Source: the human T2T-CHM13v2.0 reference genome, Homo sapiens. From it: a stretch of 64,000 bases of DNA. Location of the stretch: the NCBI RefSeq assembly GCF_009914755.1, contig NC_060932.1. One strand, 5' to 3'. Both the position numbers and the translations under genes were made by a program. Position 1 is the first letter of the stretch. Every line of letters starts with the position of its first letter. Below the pieces are notes generated by a model, which made no database searches, was not told the origin of the DNA, and was given only the letters and a program-made list of their open reading frames with translations. Positions 27,737-41,618 of this stretch are shown piece after piece.

Positions 27737-30283
27737 TAGGAGTACCTTGTTTTTGTGCACTTTGCTTTATGACACTTTGCAAATATTATGTTATTTTCCA
27801 GTTGAAGGTTTGTGGCAACCCTGCCTCAAGCAAGTCTGTCAGTACCCTTTCTCCAACAGCTTCTTCTCACTTCATGTCATATTTTGGCCATTCTTGCAAT
27901 ATTTTAAACTTTTAATTATTATTACTAATATATTTCTTATGGTGATTTATGATCAGTGATCTGTGATGTTATTATTGTAATTATTTGAGGGCACCTCAAA
28001 CTGTACTCATAAAAGATGGGCAACTTAATCCATGAATGTTGTCTGTATTTGGACATCTCCACAGATCAACTGTGCCCTTGTCTCATTCCTTTTCCTTGGC
28101 CTTCCTATTCCCTGAGACAAAACAGTATTAAAATTAGGCCAGTTAATAACCATACAATGACTTCTAAGTCTTCAAGTAAAAAGTGGAGTCGCATGTCTCT
28201 CACTTTAAAATCAAAACCTAGAAATGATTAAGCTTAGTAAGGAAGATGTATCAATTGCCAAGACAGGTTTAAAGTTAGGCCTCTTGTGCCAAACAGCCAT
28301 TTATGAATGCAAAGGAAAAGACCTTGAAAAAAAAATTACAAGTGTTATTCCAGTGAATATACAGATTTTAATAAAGTGAAACAGCCTTATAGCTGATGTG
28401 GGGAAAGTTGCAGTGATCTGGATGGAAGATAAAACCAGCCTTAAGCCAAAGCCTAACTCAGAGCAAAGCCCTAACTCTTCAATTCTATGATGGCTGAGAG
28501 AGCTAAGAAATCTACAGAAGAAAATTTTGATTATTATTTGTATTTTAAATATAGAGGCAGGGTCTCACTGTTTTGCCCAGGCTGGTCTCGAACTCCTGGG
28601 CTCAAGTGATCCTCTCCTCTTGGTCTCCCAAAGTGCTGGGATTACAGGCATGAGCTATCCCACCTGGCCTACATATCTTTAAATACACAAATACCATTGT
28701 GTTAAAAAAAAAAAAAAAGAAAATTTTGAAGCTAGCGAAGGGTGATTCATGAGATTTAAGGAAATCTCGTCTTCGTAACAAAAGTGCAAGGTGAAGCAGC
28801 AAGTGTTGATGGAGAAGTTGCAGCAAGTTATCAAGAATTTCTAGCCAAAATCATTGATGATGGTGGCTACACTAAACAACAGATTTTTAATATATATAAA
28901 ATATCCTTATATTGGAAGAAGATGCCATCCAAGACTTTCATATAGCTAGAGAAGAGAGGTAAATGCCAGGCTTCAAAGCTTCAAAGGACAAGCTGACTTT
29001 CATGTTAGGAGCTGATGTAGCTGGTGACCTTAAGTTGAAGCCAATGTTCATTTATCATTCTGAAAATTCCGCGACCCTTAAGAGTTAAGGTAAATCTATT
29101 CTGTCTTAGCTCTATGAAAGGAATAACAGAACGTGGATGACAGGACATCTGTTTATAGCATGATGTATTCAATATTTGAAGCCCACTGTTGTGACTTACT
29201 GCTCAAAAAACAACAACAAAAAGATTCCTTTAAAAAGGTTGACAATGCACCTGGTCACCCAAGAGCTCTGACAGAGGTACAAGGGGGTTAAAGATTTTTA
29301 TGCCTTCTAACACAACATCTATTCCTCAGTCCTTGGAGCAAGAATTAATTTCAACTTTTAAATCTTGGTATTTGAAAAATACATTTTGTAAGGCTAAAGC
29401 TGCTATAGATAGTGATTCCTCTGATTAATCTGGGCAAAATAGGTTGAAAACCTTTTGGTAAGTATTCATAATTCCAGATTCCATTAAGAACATTCTGCGA
29501 TTCATGGGGGAATGTCAAAATATCAGCATTAAAAGAAGGTGTTGATTCCAATCCTCATGAATTCAAGACTTCAGTGTGGGAGGGAACTGCAGATTTGGTA
29601 GAAAGAGCAAGAGAATTAGATTTAGAAGTGGAGCCTAAAGATATGATTGAGTTACTGCAATTTCATGATAAAACTTTAACGGGCGAAAAATTGCTTTGTA
29701 TTGATGAACAGAGAAAGTGGATTCTTGAGATGGAATTTACTTCCTGGGGAAGATGCCGTGAACATTGTTGAAATAACAACAAAAAATTAGACTATTACAT
29801 TGTCTTAGTTCATAAAAAACAGCAGCAAGGTTTTAGTAGATTGACTCCAATTTTGAAAGAAGTTCTTTTGGGAAAATACTATCACAGTATCACATACTAT
29901 AGAAATCTTTCATAAAAGGAAATGTTCATAGATGCAGCAAACTGTATTGTTGTTTTGTTTTAAGAAATTGCCGCAGCCACCCCAGCATTCAGCATGACTA
30001 CAGTGATAAGTCAGCATCCATCAACACTGAGACAAGACCCTTCACCAGCAAAAGGATGAAGACCTGCTAGAGGATCAGATAATAGCATTTTCATCAATAA
30101 ACTATTTTTAAATTTAAGTATGTACATGTTTTAGACATAATGCAATTGTACACAATATGCTATGGTATAGTATAAACATAACTTTTATACGTACTGGGTA
30201 ACAAAATTGTGTGACTCACTTTATATGATATTCACTTTATTGCAGTCTGGAAGCAAACTTGAAATATCTCTGAGGTATGCCTG
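27737..30283 (+). mobile_element. Tigger1 DNA transposon, near full length, transposase ORF disrupted
   Basis: Left end taggagtaccttgttttt...gaaggtttgtggcaaccctg; right TIR gaggtatgcctg|ta; internal pogo-like transposase remnants. Confidence 0.93.
28531..28716 (+). pseudogene. Orphan retroposed transcript 3' end: antisense Alu left-arm fragment, ~35 nt unique sequence, poly(A)
   Basis: 13-bp TSD aagaaaattttga at 28518-28530 and 28717-28729; AATACA at 28682-28687 before poly(A) at 28704. Confidence 0.75.
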
Positions 30284-31427
30284 TATTTATTTATTTGGAA
30301 AGAGTTACAATACAAAGGGGGAGCTCTTATTAATTGAGCAAGCTAAGCCTTGTGAATAAATAAATCAGATGAACTAATGGATGAATTATATAAGTGTTTA
30401 TGTGCAAGACATTATCTGAGCACTGTAGGGAATTTGAAAAAAATCTGTCAAAAATAATCCTACTTTAAAGCACTTTTTATTAATAGGTGAAATCTGCATA
30501 AATAATGGCAAAAATAAAGTGTTTAGTTCTATATAGAGTATAGTTTTAAAGCAAATGTGAAGAAACAAATAGGAAGGAACTAGTTTTCCCTGAACAGAAC
30601 TGTGAAGAGTTTATACAGCAGGTAGTACTTGAACTGGTCTGGGAACAATAGTATAATGTGACAAGGAGCATATTTGCTGTCCTGAGTACTAATGCCCCAC
30701 ATCCTAATATAGTATCTTCAGAGTTCAGAAGAAAAAAATATTTTGTAGTTCTCTCATTGTCCTAATCACATTAAAATATGAAATAAATACTTATAACTGA
30801 CTGTGCATATGGTAAAATAGGATACAATTACAATTTTCTGTAAATATTTAAATATCATTTTTTAACTTGAATGTTTTTCATTTAGATTGCTACTAGTATA
30901 GAATATCAAAATTAAATTCTGAGAAAATTCAAATTGACTGTTAAGAAGTTTACTTAGAACACACTAGACATTTGCTTTGCAATTTGTATTTGTGAATATC
31001 CTGGGTGTGGAAAATAAAATTCTGAAATTTTGATACAAACAATCTCACCCCTTGAAGATTATACTTGAATTCTGAAAAGCGAGTGAAAGACAGGAGAATG
31101 AAGATTTAGGTGATCAGATGAGAAGAAACAACAAGAAGGGGAGTACTGAGAAAGAAAAGATTAGAATGAACACATAATTTTCTGTAGTTGGTCTTAGATA
31201 CTTTTTGGGGGAAAGAGAGAAGATGGGAAATAGGGTTGTGCAGTGTGTTGTCATCTGCTTCGTAAGAAATTTGGATGGCAGATTTGGCAGTCTGAACTTT
31301 ACCCTTCCCGTAATAAGGAGCTATTAAAGTTTGTGTTTGTTTTGCTTTATTTTAGAACTAGGACAAGCCATAATCAGGAAAACTATGTGATTCAGAGAAA
31401 CTAACCAGTTTAAGCAGGTGACATTCA

Positions 31428-31731
<304 letters not shown>

Positions 31732-32704
31732 TCAAGAAAGTTTGTTATCACTTTCTTTATTATTCCTTTCATTTCCTTATCCTCAACAGTCCTAAGGAGA
31801 ACAAATTTCGTTGTTTTCTCATTTTTTCTTCACGTACGGGATACTTTCAGGGTGAAATCCTGGACATGTGATTCTGAAGTTAAAGCGTAAATGCAAATAC
31901 ATAAGTACTTCTGTTAGATATTACCAAATTCCCCACCATGTTGGAATGAATTTTTTTTAATTCCCACCAGCAATACCCAGGGATCACTTCGTCCCCACAT
32001 TCTCACCTACAAAATGGATTTGTTGAGCGTGGAATTTTTGTTAAGTTTAGTGATAAAAACTTAACTACTTTTCTTTTGTAATTAAGAGTGTAGCTTAATA
32101 TATTTTCATATGGAGAAGTTATTTTGCATTTTCATTTATGAGTCATCTTCTGTTCGTTTTTCCAGAGGTTTTCATTTTTTTCTTTTAATTAAATAACCAT
32201 TTATGTATAAATAATAAACAAAGGAGGTTAGCCCTTTGTATGTAATATATGTTGCAAATATTTCTGAATTTGTACACCTTCAGATCTTGTTCAGTATTTT
32301 CCTGGGTATTATTGTTTGTATATTTTGCCATATTAACTCTAGTATCATATTTTCTAGCTCCAGAAAAACCTGAGAGTTAAACGAGGGAATATTAAATTTA
32401 CAAATTAACACAAGAAAACTAACATCTTGATGTAGTGGCAGTCTAATAATAACAAGGGCATATTTTACTTTTGGTCCAAGTATATTTGTATATATTTTAT
32501 AAGTGTCATAATTTTTCTCAGTTTTAAGTATTTCTTAAATTTAATCCAAGATGTTTTCTTTTTTAGTATTATGAATGAGATTTGATCTGCTATTCTTCTA
32601 ATAATCTGTATTTATATATATGAAGGTTCCTGAATTTTGCATGTAAATTTGTATCCCAATAAGTGGTTGAATACTTTTAATACCCGAATCTTTTTTTCAA
32701 TGAT

Positions 32705-33613
32705 TATTGTTTTGTTTTAAATTCCTGCTATAAAAAAAATTACCACAAGCATTGTAGCTTTAAAAAATGTACATTTCTTTGTCCACAGTTCTGTAATGTC
32801 AGATGTCAGATATTTAGGCATGGCTAGCCTCCCTATTCAGGGTCTCAGCAGCTGAAATCAAGATGCTAAAAGAGCTACTCTGATCTGAGGTTCAGTTTCT
32901 TCATCCTTGATTATTCAGGTTGTTGGCAGAACCCAGTCCCTTGTGGTTGTACAACCGAGATCTCCTTCTACTGGCTAGCTTTTAACTAGGTGCTTCTTTC
33001 ATCATTTACAGGATACTCATGTGCATTCTCACGTGGCTGTCTCCAGGTGAGAAATTCTCATGTGGCTGTCTCCAGGCGAGGAATTCTCACATGTCAAATC
33101 TCCCTCATGCTTCAGATCTCTGACTTTCTTTGCTTCTAATCTCCAGACACAGAGTTAGAGGCCTCATATGATTAGACCAATCCCATTCAGATAATCTTCT
33201 TACTTTAAGGTCAACTGATTTGGTACCTTAATTAAATCTGCATAATCCTTTCCAGCAGTACTTGGTGTTTAATTGAATAACTGGGAGAAGTTGTGTGTAC
33301 AGCAGAGGTCAGGAATCTTGGTGGCTGTAGTGGATTGGATAATGGCCCCCAAAATATATGTTCTGCAATTTCAGAATGGGACCTTATTTGGAATAAATAT
33401 CTTCATCCACCAGAAGCCAGGAATGAGTCATGGACCCAGTGCTGCTTCAGGGCCTGACGATGTTACCTACAAACACCTTAAGCTTGTACTTCTAGCCTCC
33501 AGAACTATGAGGGAATATATTTATTTGGTTTTAGACCACCAGGTTTATGGTAATTTGTAATAGCAGTCTTAGGAAATGAATACAGGGGGCATTTTAGGAT
33601 TCCGTGTATCACA
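32705..33613 (-). mobile_element. MLT1E-like LTR, interrupted by an MLT1C-like LTR
   Basis: aattaccacaagcattgtagctt...caggttgttggcagaac...ttaaggtcaactgatt...ggcattttaggattc. Confidence 0.7.
33326..33584 (+). mobile_element. MLT1C-like LTR, internally deleted, nested
   Basis: tgtagtggattggataatggccccc...aggaaatgaataca; TSD gtggc/ggggc. Confidence 0.75.
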
Positions 33614-33629
33614 GTTTCTACAATTTTCT

Positions 33630-34047
33630 AGGCTGGGAGACAATTCTCCGTGGATCTGTTGCATTTTTGCATATCCTGCAAAGCAAGGCATTGTCTTTTT
33701 TTTTTTTTTTTTTCTGAGCTGTATCTGCAGCATAAAACAGACGTAGTTACTGCTTCTTAGGAAATATTTGGCTCTCCAAGCTCAAGGATCCTCTCTGTAA
33801 AACAGCTTTCTGTATATGCAGACTTTCATCTGGGCTCAGTTGCATCACTGCTGTGGGTTTTGTGGACAAGAAAGATTGGTGCAAATAGTCTGACAATCAT
33901 GATGCTTGCTGTGTCACGAGTTAATAAAGTTCTTTGTCTCTAACCCAGGAGTCTCGTGTTTCCTATCAGTTTCCATAAAACTGTGGCAAGCTCACTTGTT
34001 AGTTTGCAAGTAGTGGTAAAATCTGAGACCCTTTCTGGTTTCTAAAA
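33630..34047 (+). mobile_element. LTR47-like (ERVL) solo LTR
   Basis: tgggagacaattctcc start; aataaagttctttgtctc; aactgtggcaagctcacttgttag end. Confidence 0.75.
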
Positions 34048-34252
34048 GTATATGCTATCATATCATCTGCAAAGAGAGATAGTTTTATTGTTTATGTTCA
34101 GTCTGTATTACTCTTTTATCTAATTGTTACTAACACCTAAAATGCAATGTTAAATATCAGTGAAGACAGCGAGCATCTTTGCTTTATTCATTATCGGAGT
34201 GTAAAAGCTTTCAATGTATTCCTATTAAGTATGATGCTGACTTTAGGAAATA

Positions 34253-34263
34253 GACACACACAA

Positions 34264-34298
<35 letters not shown>
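34253..34298. repeat. (CA)n microsatellite
   Basis: Direct reading. Confidence 0.95.
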
Positions 34299-34300
<2 letters not shown>

Positions 34301-34693
34301 ATCATCCTAAGGAAGTATCCATTTATTCCTATTTAATCATGAATTGTATTCATCTTGATCAAAGTTTTCTTCTGCGTCTATTGAGATAATCATGTGATAT
34401 TTCTCCTTGCTCCTATTGAAATGGTGATTTACATTAATTGATTTCCAAGACTTGAGTCATTCTTGCATTATTGGTATGAACCCACTTAGTCTTATATATT
34501 ATTTTTTAACTAGCATTTAAGTCTGTTTATTAATGCTTTATTCAAAATATATGCTTTAATATTAATAAGTCATATTAGTTTGTAATACCTTTTTGTGCTA
34601 TCATACAACATATCCAATTAGTTACAAAACAATCATTTCATTCCTCAGGAATAGCCTAAAACAATTTATGTCACATGGGGATTATGGGGATAA

Positions 34694-35009
<316 letters not shown>

Positions 35010-35517
35010 TGTACTTTCTAAGATTTAATAGAACTCCCTGTGAAACTCTTTGGACTTGGTTCTTTTTGGAGAGAGTTTAAATAATTTTCTGTACATATTC
35101 CATGAAAATTGGATGTATTTAAGCTAAGCTTTCTGTTTCTATTGAGCTTAGTTTTAATAAATTCCATTTTTAGGAGCTTTATCTATTTCATCTACTTTTC
35201 TAATTTATTTGCATAGAAAAGTTCACACTAGTGTGATTTTAAACATTGTTTGTCACTGGTTATTACCCTTTTTCTTATATTTGTATACTTGTGTTTTCTC
35301 ATTTTTTTTTCTGATTCCAATAACTAAAGCTTGTCCACTTTCTTAAACTTTTTAAGAACCATGTTATTGATTTATTGATTTTTTTCTATTGATTTCCTGT
35401 CTAATCTTTTTCTCACTGTCTTTTGCTTTATTATCTTCTTCCTTGCGCTTCAGTTTGTTGATAATTTTCTACATTTTTGGGTTGAAAATTTATATTAATA
35501 TGACTTATTTATTAGCC

Positions 35518-35814
35518 TTTTTTTTTTTTTTTTGAGACAAAGTCTCGCTCTGTGGCCCAGGCTGGAGTGCAGTGGTAGGATTTTGGCTTGCTGCAACCTC
35601 CGCTTCCCGGGTTCAAGCACGTCTCCTGCCTCAGCTTCCTGAATAGCTGGGATTATAGGCGCATGCCAACATGCCTGGCTTATTTTTGTATTTGTAGTAG
35701 AGACAGGGTTTTGCCATGTTGGCCAGGATGATCTTGAACTCCTGATCTCAGGTGACCCACTCGTCTTAGCCTCCCAAAGTGCTGGGACTGCAAGCATGAG
35801 CCACCGTGTCCGAC
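35518..35814 (-). mobile_element. Alu (AluS-like)
   Basis: Poly-T plus antisense dimer. Confidence 0.95.
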
Positions 35815-37520
35815 TTTGTTATTCTTATCACATAGGAGTTTAAGGTAATGGGTTTTTTTTTCTCTGTCCACATTGTTAAATGTATCTCATAGATTCTTAT
35901 ATGCAGTGTTCATATATTCATAATTTAAAAAAAACTCCAATTTCTGTGTGTTCTTCCATTAAGCAAAGTAATGTATAATACAATTTTTGTTTTTTCTCTT
36001 CATTTCCAGATGGTAATTATGTTTAAAATTTTTTGATGTATAATTTTTTTGTTTTGCTGTCATAATTTTTTGCTGTAAACTTTCTACCTTAGATAACTTA
36101 ATGATATTTTCTTTGTGTCCTCATATATAATCACTTTTAATGAATGTTCCGTTAGTCCTTGATAAAAGTTATATTTTATATTATTGGGATATAGTGTTCA
36201 ATTAAAGACTATAAGAATTGCATGATTCTTTATGCTGCTTAGATCTTACATAATGTTTTGTAGTTTTGTACACCTCATTCATTTTTTACTGGTAGACTGA
36301 GCATTCGTACTGTATGGTACTGACTTGTAAATATCTACTATTTTTAAGCGTGTTTACTTCTTGCATCTTCTTTATCTTGCTTTGTATATGTGACTGCTCT
36401 GTTATTTGCAACATAGATATTACAATCTATTATATTTTATTTTAAATTATTAAGCATTATATAATTTTATTTGTATTAGGTGATGTATATTGGCCCAAAT
36501 TCTATCTATTATCAGTATCACAGCCATGTTTTCTTATTATTTTCTATTTGCCTGATATAACTTTGTCAAACCATTTATTTTGTGTTAAATTCCTGCCTTA
36601 GTTGCTCCTTGTATGTAACATAAAGTTGGATATTATTCAGCCAATTTGTGATTTTAAAAAGTGTAATAGTTAATTCTATTCATGTATACTGATATCACGA
36701 GTAGGCTTCTTCTCAACATTTTAATGCTCTTTTATAATTACTATGTGTGTTATGCTGTGTTTACTAGGTTTCTCTATTTGGTATGTTTTGCTTATTGTTA
36801 ACTTCTTTTGGAGTTTAGAAAGATTTGTATTTTTTGTTCTAATATTACCTTTTCATTCATGCTCTTTATGGAGCTCATTTAAATATTTACTCTCTGGTTT
36901 GTCAGTTTTAAGTGCTAAACTTTGACTCTGTTACCAGTTACTTCTACTATAGACAATTGACTGATTTTACTTTCCTCATATCTTCGTTTTCTTCCAGTTT
37001 TTGTTTCGTCTATTGTACTTTGTCAGAACATGTAACATCTCCAGTTACTTTTCCATCAGGTATTAATTCTTATTTTGACTTTATGTATACAATTAACCAT
37101 AATAAACACTTATCAGAAGTCTTTTGCCCAAAATTTCTAAGGTTATGTGCTATTTATATGAAGCTCAACCTCTAGTAGATTCCTTGGGGGGTTCACGTTA
37201 TAGCTTTTTCTAAAATTTTATATATTAAAAACTGTTTTCCTATAGGTATGATACTTGAAGGCCAGCTTGGTTGGATGTACAGTTTTTTTTTTTTTGTTTT
37301 GTTTTTTTCCCCTGCATTTTTTCACTTGACTTTCCTGAACATGCTGTTCTACTTTTGTCTTCCTCTGTATGTTGCTCTTGAAAAAAATCTAAGACTAACC
37401 TAATTTTCTCACTTTTATATGTAATATTATAATGTTTTTGTGAAGCCATGTTAAATTTTTCTTTTTCTTATACTTTAACGGCTTTGTTGTGACATGTCTT
37501 GAAGTTGAACTTTTAGACCA

Positions 37521-37730
37521 GTATTCCAGGGAAATATATATATACACACACACACACATATATAATATATATACACACATTTCTATATATACATGTATGT
37601 TTTATATGTATGTGTATATATACACATACATACATATATATACGTATTTCCCTGGAATACATAATATTTATATATATAATCATCTTTATACATATATATA
37701 CACATGTATATATGTATACACACAATTATA
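37521..37730. repeat. TA/CA-rich complex microsatellite with a perfect 16-bp inverted repeat (37521-37536 / 37645-37660)
   Basis: gtattccagggaaata vs tatttccctggaatac. Confidence 0.92.
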
Positions 37731-38856
37731 TAAGAGATTATTCATATAATTTCTTATTTCTGGCCTATTCTCTTGGAATAACATTTATTTGTTAGTTATG
37801 CACATTGTTGTTTATTTTACTTCTTCAATTATTATAGTAAACTTCTTTTTCTGTCTGGCTTTCCCACCACCTTGCCTTTTTTTTTACTTTTATCTTTATT
37901 TCAGTTTTATTTTATATATTATTTTCTTACAATTCTTTAATGCTTGCTACTAGATGTTCATTTAAGTTTGTTATTCTATTCTGCCTTCGGAAGTTTATAA
38001 TTTATTCTTTATTTCTTATATGGTTTGGTATTTTAAGTTTCTTTTCTCTGTTTGGTTGAGATTCTTCCTGATTTTTTTTTTGTCTTTTTCCCCTATGTGT
38101 TTGAATTTATTATCTTATTTTTATATCTCCAAATGTTTGTCTGAATATATTTCATTCACTTTTGAGTGTTTAGTGAAACTCAGTTTTCTTTTGATTCTTG
38201 TTTTTGTGTGTGTGTGGGTGGAGGGAAGCTTCATAAGCTAAAACATTTTTATTTGAATTTTACAGACTGTCTTATTCAATAAATTTGAATGATTTTAATT
38301 TTTTTTTCCTACTTCTAGACGTTTGTAGACACTGGTTGTAGTTCAAGGGCACCCTCTTCTGACAGTATAGTGAAGTACATAATAAAATATAATCATTTGA
38401 TTGATTTGTGAGTGATGTGGGATATCTATATCTTGTTTGTTTCATCTCCGTAAGCGTTTTAATTTTCCGTTACCTTGTTCTTCCTCTTCATTGCCACATA
38501 TGAATGGGGTATTACCACTTCCCTCTTTAAATGGCTTTCCCTAGTGGCAATATCTCCTTGAGACTCACCGTTTTCCTACATACTCTGAAACGCGCATCTT
38601 GTGTTGAGTGTTGTGAAATATCAATTCCTAGAACTATGTCTGTGACAGTTGAACTCTAAGTGTTGACTTGCTGTTCGTAGTAGCAATTTTGTTTATATTC
38701 TATCTATATCATCCACCTCCCTCTCCTCTTAAGCTCCCTTTCTTTTGATAGGTGTGAATCTTGCTTGGTAAGAGCTCTGTTGTAGTTTGGTGTTTGTAAT
38801 ATTCTCTGCCTGCAGCCATGTTAAAAAGAAGGTTATGTATGTTTGTCTCCCAGTCA

Positions 38857-38867
38857 CTCTCTCTCTC

Positions 38868-38898
<31 letters not shown>
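38857..38898. repeat. (CT)n microsatellite
   Basis: Direct reading. Confidence 0.9.
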
Positions 38899-40631
38899 CT
38901 GCTTCATTTATCTCTATTTATTTCTCTTTCTTTCAGAAGATATATGGACAGAGTTTCTGGTTATCCTCCAGACTCACAAGTGTAAAAATATCAGTTTATG
39001 ATTTTATTTCTAACACCATTATTTATTAATAACTTAAAATAACTAAATGTACTTTAACTAAATATATTTATTTATAACTTATATATACTTAAAATATATT
39101 AGAAATATGTTCGTAATTTGCAAACAAATATTCACAATTGTTTATAATTTTATATAGATTTACATTTTTCAAAATGTTTTCTCACAAATTAAATTGTCTC
39201 AAAATTACATTTTATTAATAAGAAAATTATAACTAGCCAGTGACTTGGCCAAGTGCCAAAAATAGCAGAGAGAGAGACTTTAATCAAGCCTTTTAATGTT
39301 ATGCTAAGGTTCTCTGAGTGTGGACACCTAACTGAACAAATAATTTTGTGAGTGAATACTAACATTTAAAATGCAAATTATAGCCTCATTAATAATGGCA
39401 TCCCCCCTAGTTTACCTTGGTAATGATGCTGTTGTTGACTTTGCCAGATGGCTTAGCAAACCTCTTAAATTCGTTATGTATGTAAACATATATAACAGAA
39501 ATTTTTTCTTATTAAGGTTTATTGGACAAATGCAAGTGACCTCAAATTCCTCTAGAAATAACATTTTATTACATTTTATTCAGTAACCGTAATATTGAGA
39601 AACATAAAATACCTACCATAACTTTGTAAGCCATGAGTTACAATGATTTGCTTAGTTGAAAGAAAAAATTTAATTTGTCTCAAGTTCAAACATGCTTGCC
39701 TGCCTGTATTTTTTATTTATTCATTCCAAATATAACATTGAAAAGTGCCATCTCTTGTCGCTTACTAGCCTTTGGGTCTATGTTTTTATGTTTAATTTAT
39801 CGATGTGTGGCTTCTTTTCCTTTTGCAGATTAAAAATGAATTAAAATAAAATAATGATCTGCTTTTACTGCCAGACAAGATGCTAGATGTCCTGTCTGCC
39901 AAATTTACAGTGTATAAGTAGCAGTATGCGTCTAATAAAAAGTTTCACAAAAACTCAAAATATTAAAATGTCAAAATGCTTACTGTTTAATTTAGATCAT
40001 TAGTTTTTACCATGCCTAATCAAAGAGCACTTCACTTATGTTTCCGTAATGGCCAACAAATGTTTTGACAAGCAGTAAATCCGTGTAGGAAGTATTATCT
40101 TTCAAAAATCAAGCATTCAGTGATATAGAGGGACAGTTTCTTGTCAAAACATGGTTCATCATGTAGTTGTCAAAGAGAGTCCAACATTAGTGCCCACTGT
40201 TTTGTCTGTGTTGAATGTAATTTTTAATACTGTTAATCTGAGAGTTTTGCCTACTAAAATGATCTTCACTTACATATGAAATCTGTGGCTATGCATGACC
40301 TTGATAGAAAAGACAAAATGACCCTTTTGTTATTTATTGGGCACTGGATGAATTCTAAAAAGAATATGGTTCAACTGTTATTTTGATCTTGGCAACTATT
40401 TGGACCACTGGTAAATTGGATATGTAAAATAGGACATTATTTCAAACAATTTAGTGATTAAGCACTGCATGCTTAACTATCTGAATTGATGAACCCAAAA
40501 CTAAGGTTTCTGAACTAAAATGAAAAATCCATGTTTATTGTTTTGTCTCTCTGTTATTTATAAGTGTTATATAATTAGAATGTCTAAGAATTACTCTATT
40601 TAGAGATGGGTATACGTTAAAAAGTGAATTT

Positions 40632-41618
40632 GATCTTCAAACCATACCTCAAACTCAGGCAGGGCCGTGGCAGCAAAGCGTCACTGAGCTGCGGTGATGG
40701 AGCCTCATGGGTGTTTTTCCTTCTGAGAACCTTTCTCACTCCTCTGAATTACAACACTTGAAGGTAACACATGATTGTGGACTGGAGATTTAGAATCATT
40801 GCTGGTCCTTTGACTGTGAAACCCAAGGAGTCTTCTTCTTCTATGGCCTCAAAGATCTTCCACATTTGAATGAGGTACAGAGCCATGTTCTACAGCAGAG
40901 CCAGGTTGGGCCTTTTCTTTGGGCCTCTTTGAGGTCACTATGCAGCAGTTGGAATGACAGACCAAAAACTCCAAATATGATCAAAATTGTAGATCAGGAA
41001 ATCTTATTAAAAAAAAGAGAGAAGAAAGAAAAAGGTTGAAAATGCAGAAGGAAGAGAAGGCAGCCAGGAACAAGAATAAGAAGCCACAAAGGTGGCTAAG
41101 ATGAAGATTCTTCCCACTGAGATGCTCTTGACAGAAAGTGACAAATGTGCCAAGCTTGATGACATGGAAGACAAAGAATTGAGCAAAGGAAAAGCCAAGA
41201 AGCTGAAGAAGCACAGGAAAAGTTCCACAATGAGTATGTGCAGATGGTTCAAATCTGAAGCTTCAGGGAAAGAGACATGGGATTGACTTTTTAAAGTAAG
41301 CCACTGGTGGGCTGATGTGTCTCTCTCTGCCCAGTAGTAACGACACCCTGACACTCAGATCATGTTTACAGTTGTCTTTGGGTCCAAAATCAAGAACTGT
41401 GTTCATGTAGGTTCATGTCATCATCACCTCTGAGACTAGTTAATAAGTCTATCAATAGCTGGGTGTTCTGGTGTACACCTACAGTCCCAGCTACGAGGGA
41501 GGCTAGGGCTGGAGAATCCCTTTAGCCCAGGAGTTTGAGTTCAGCCTGGGGAATATAGAGAGATTATGCTTCAAAAATAAATAAATAAATAATAACAATA
41601 AACTCTTCTAAATAGTAA
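40632..41618 (+). pseudogene. CARS1: Processed pseudogene of cytoplasmic cysteinyl-tRNA synthetase (CARS1), 5'-truncated with inverted 5' segment (~40632-40970)
   Basis: Sense part translates to [38 protein letters not shown] (CARS1: [38 protein letters not shown]) followed by CARS1-like 3'UTR; antisense part gives [39 protein letters not shown]; no introns; 13-bp TSD aaaaagtgaattt at 40619-40631 and 41619-41631. Confidence 0.92.
41458..41596 (+). mobile_element. FLAM-type Alu monomer inserted at the 3' end of the CARS1 retrocopy
   Basis: ~120-bp monomer gctgggtgttctggtg...gagtttgagttcagcctgggg with (aaat)n tail. Confidence 0.8.

Noticed and set aside
27737-30283. Domesticated Tigger transposase (TIGD-like)
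   Set aside because: Reading frame is broken by stops, frameshifts and an insertion; no long ORF.
33025-33095. CRISPR-like repeat array
   Set aside because: Tandem units without spacers, in human LTR sequence.
41092-41286. Functional CARS1-derived micropeptide
   Set aside because: GTG start, internal deletion and a frameshift relative to CARS1; no promoter evidence.
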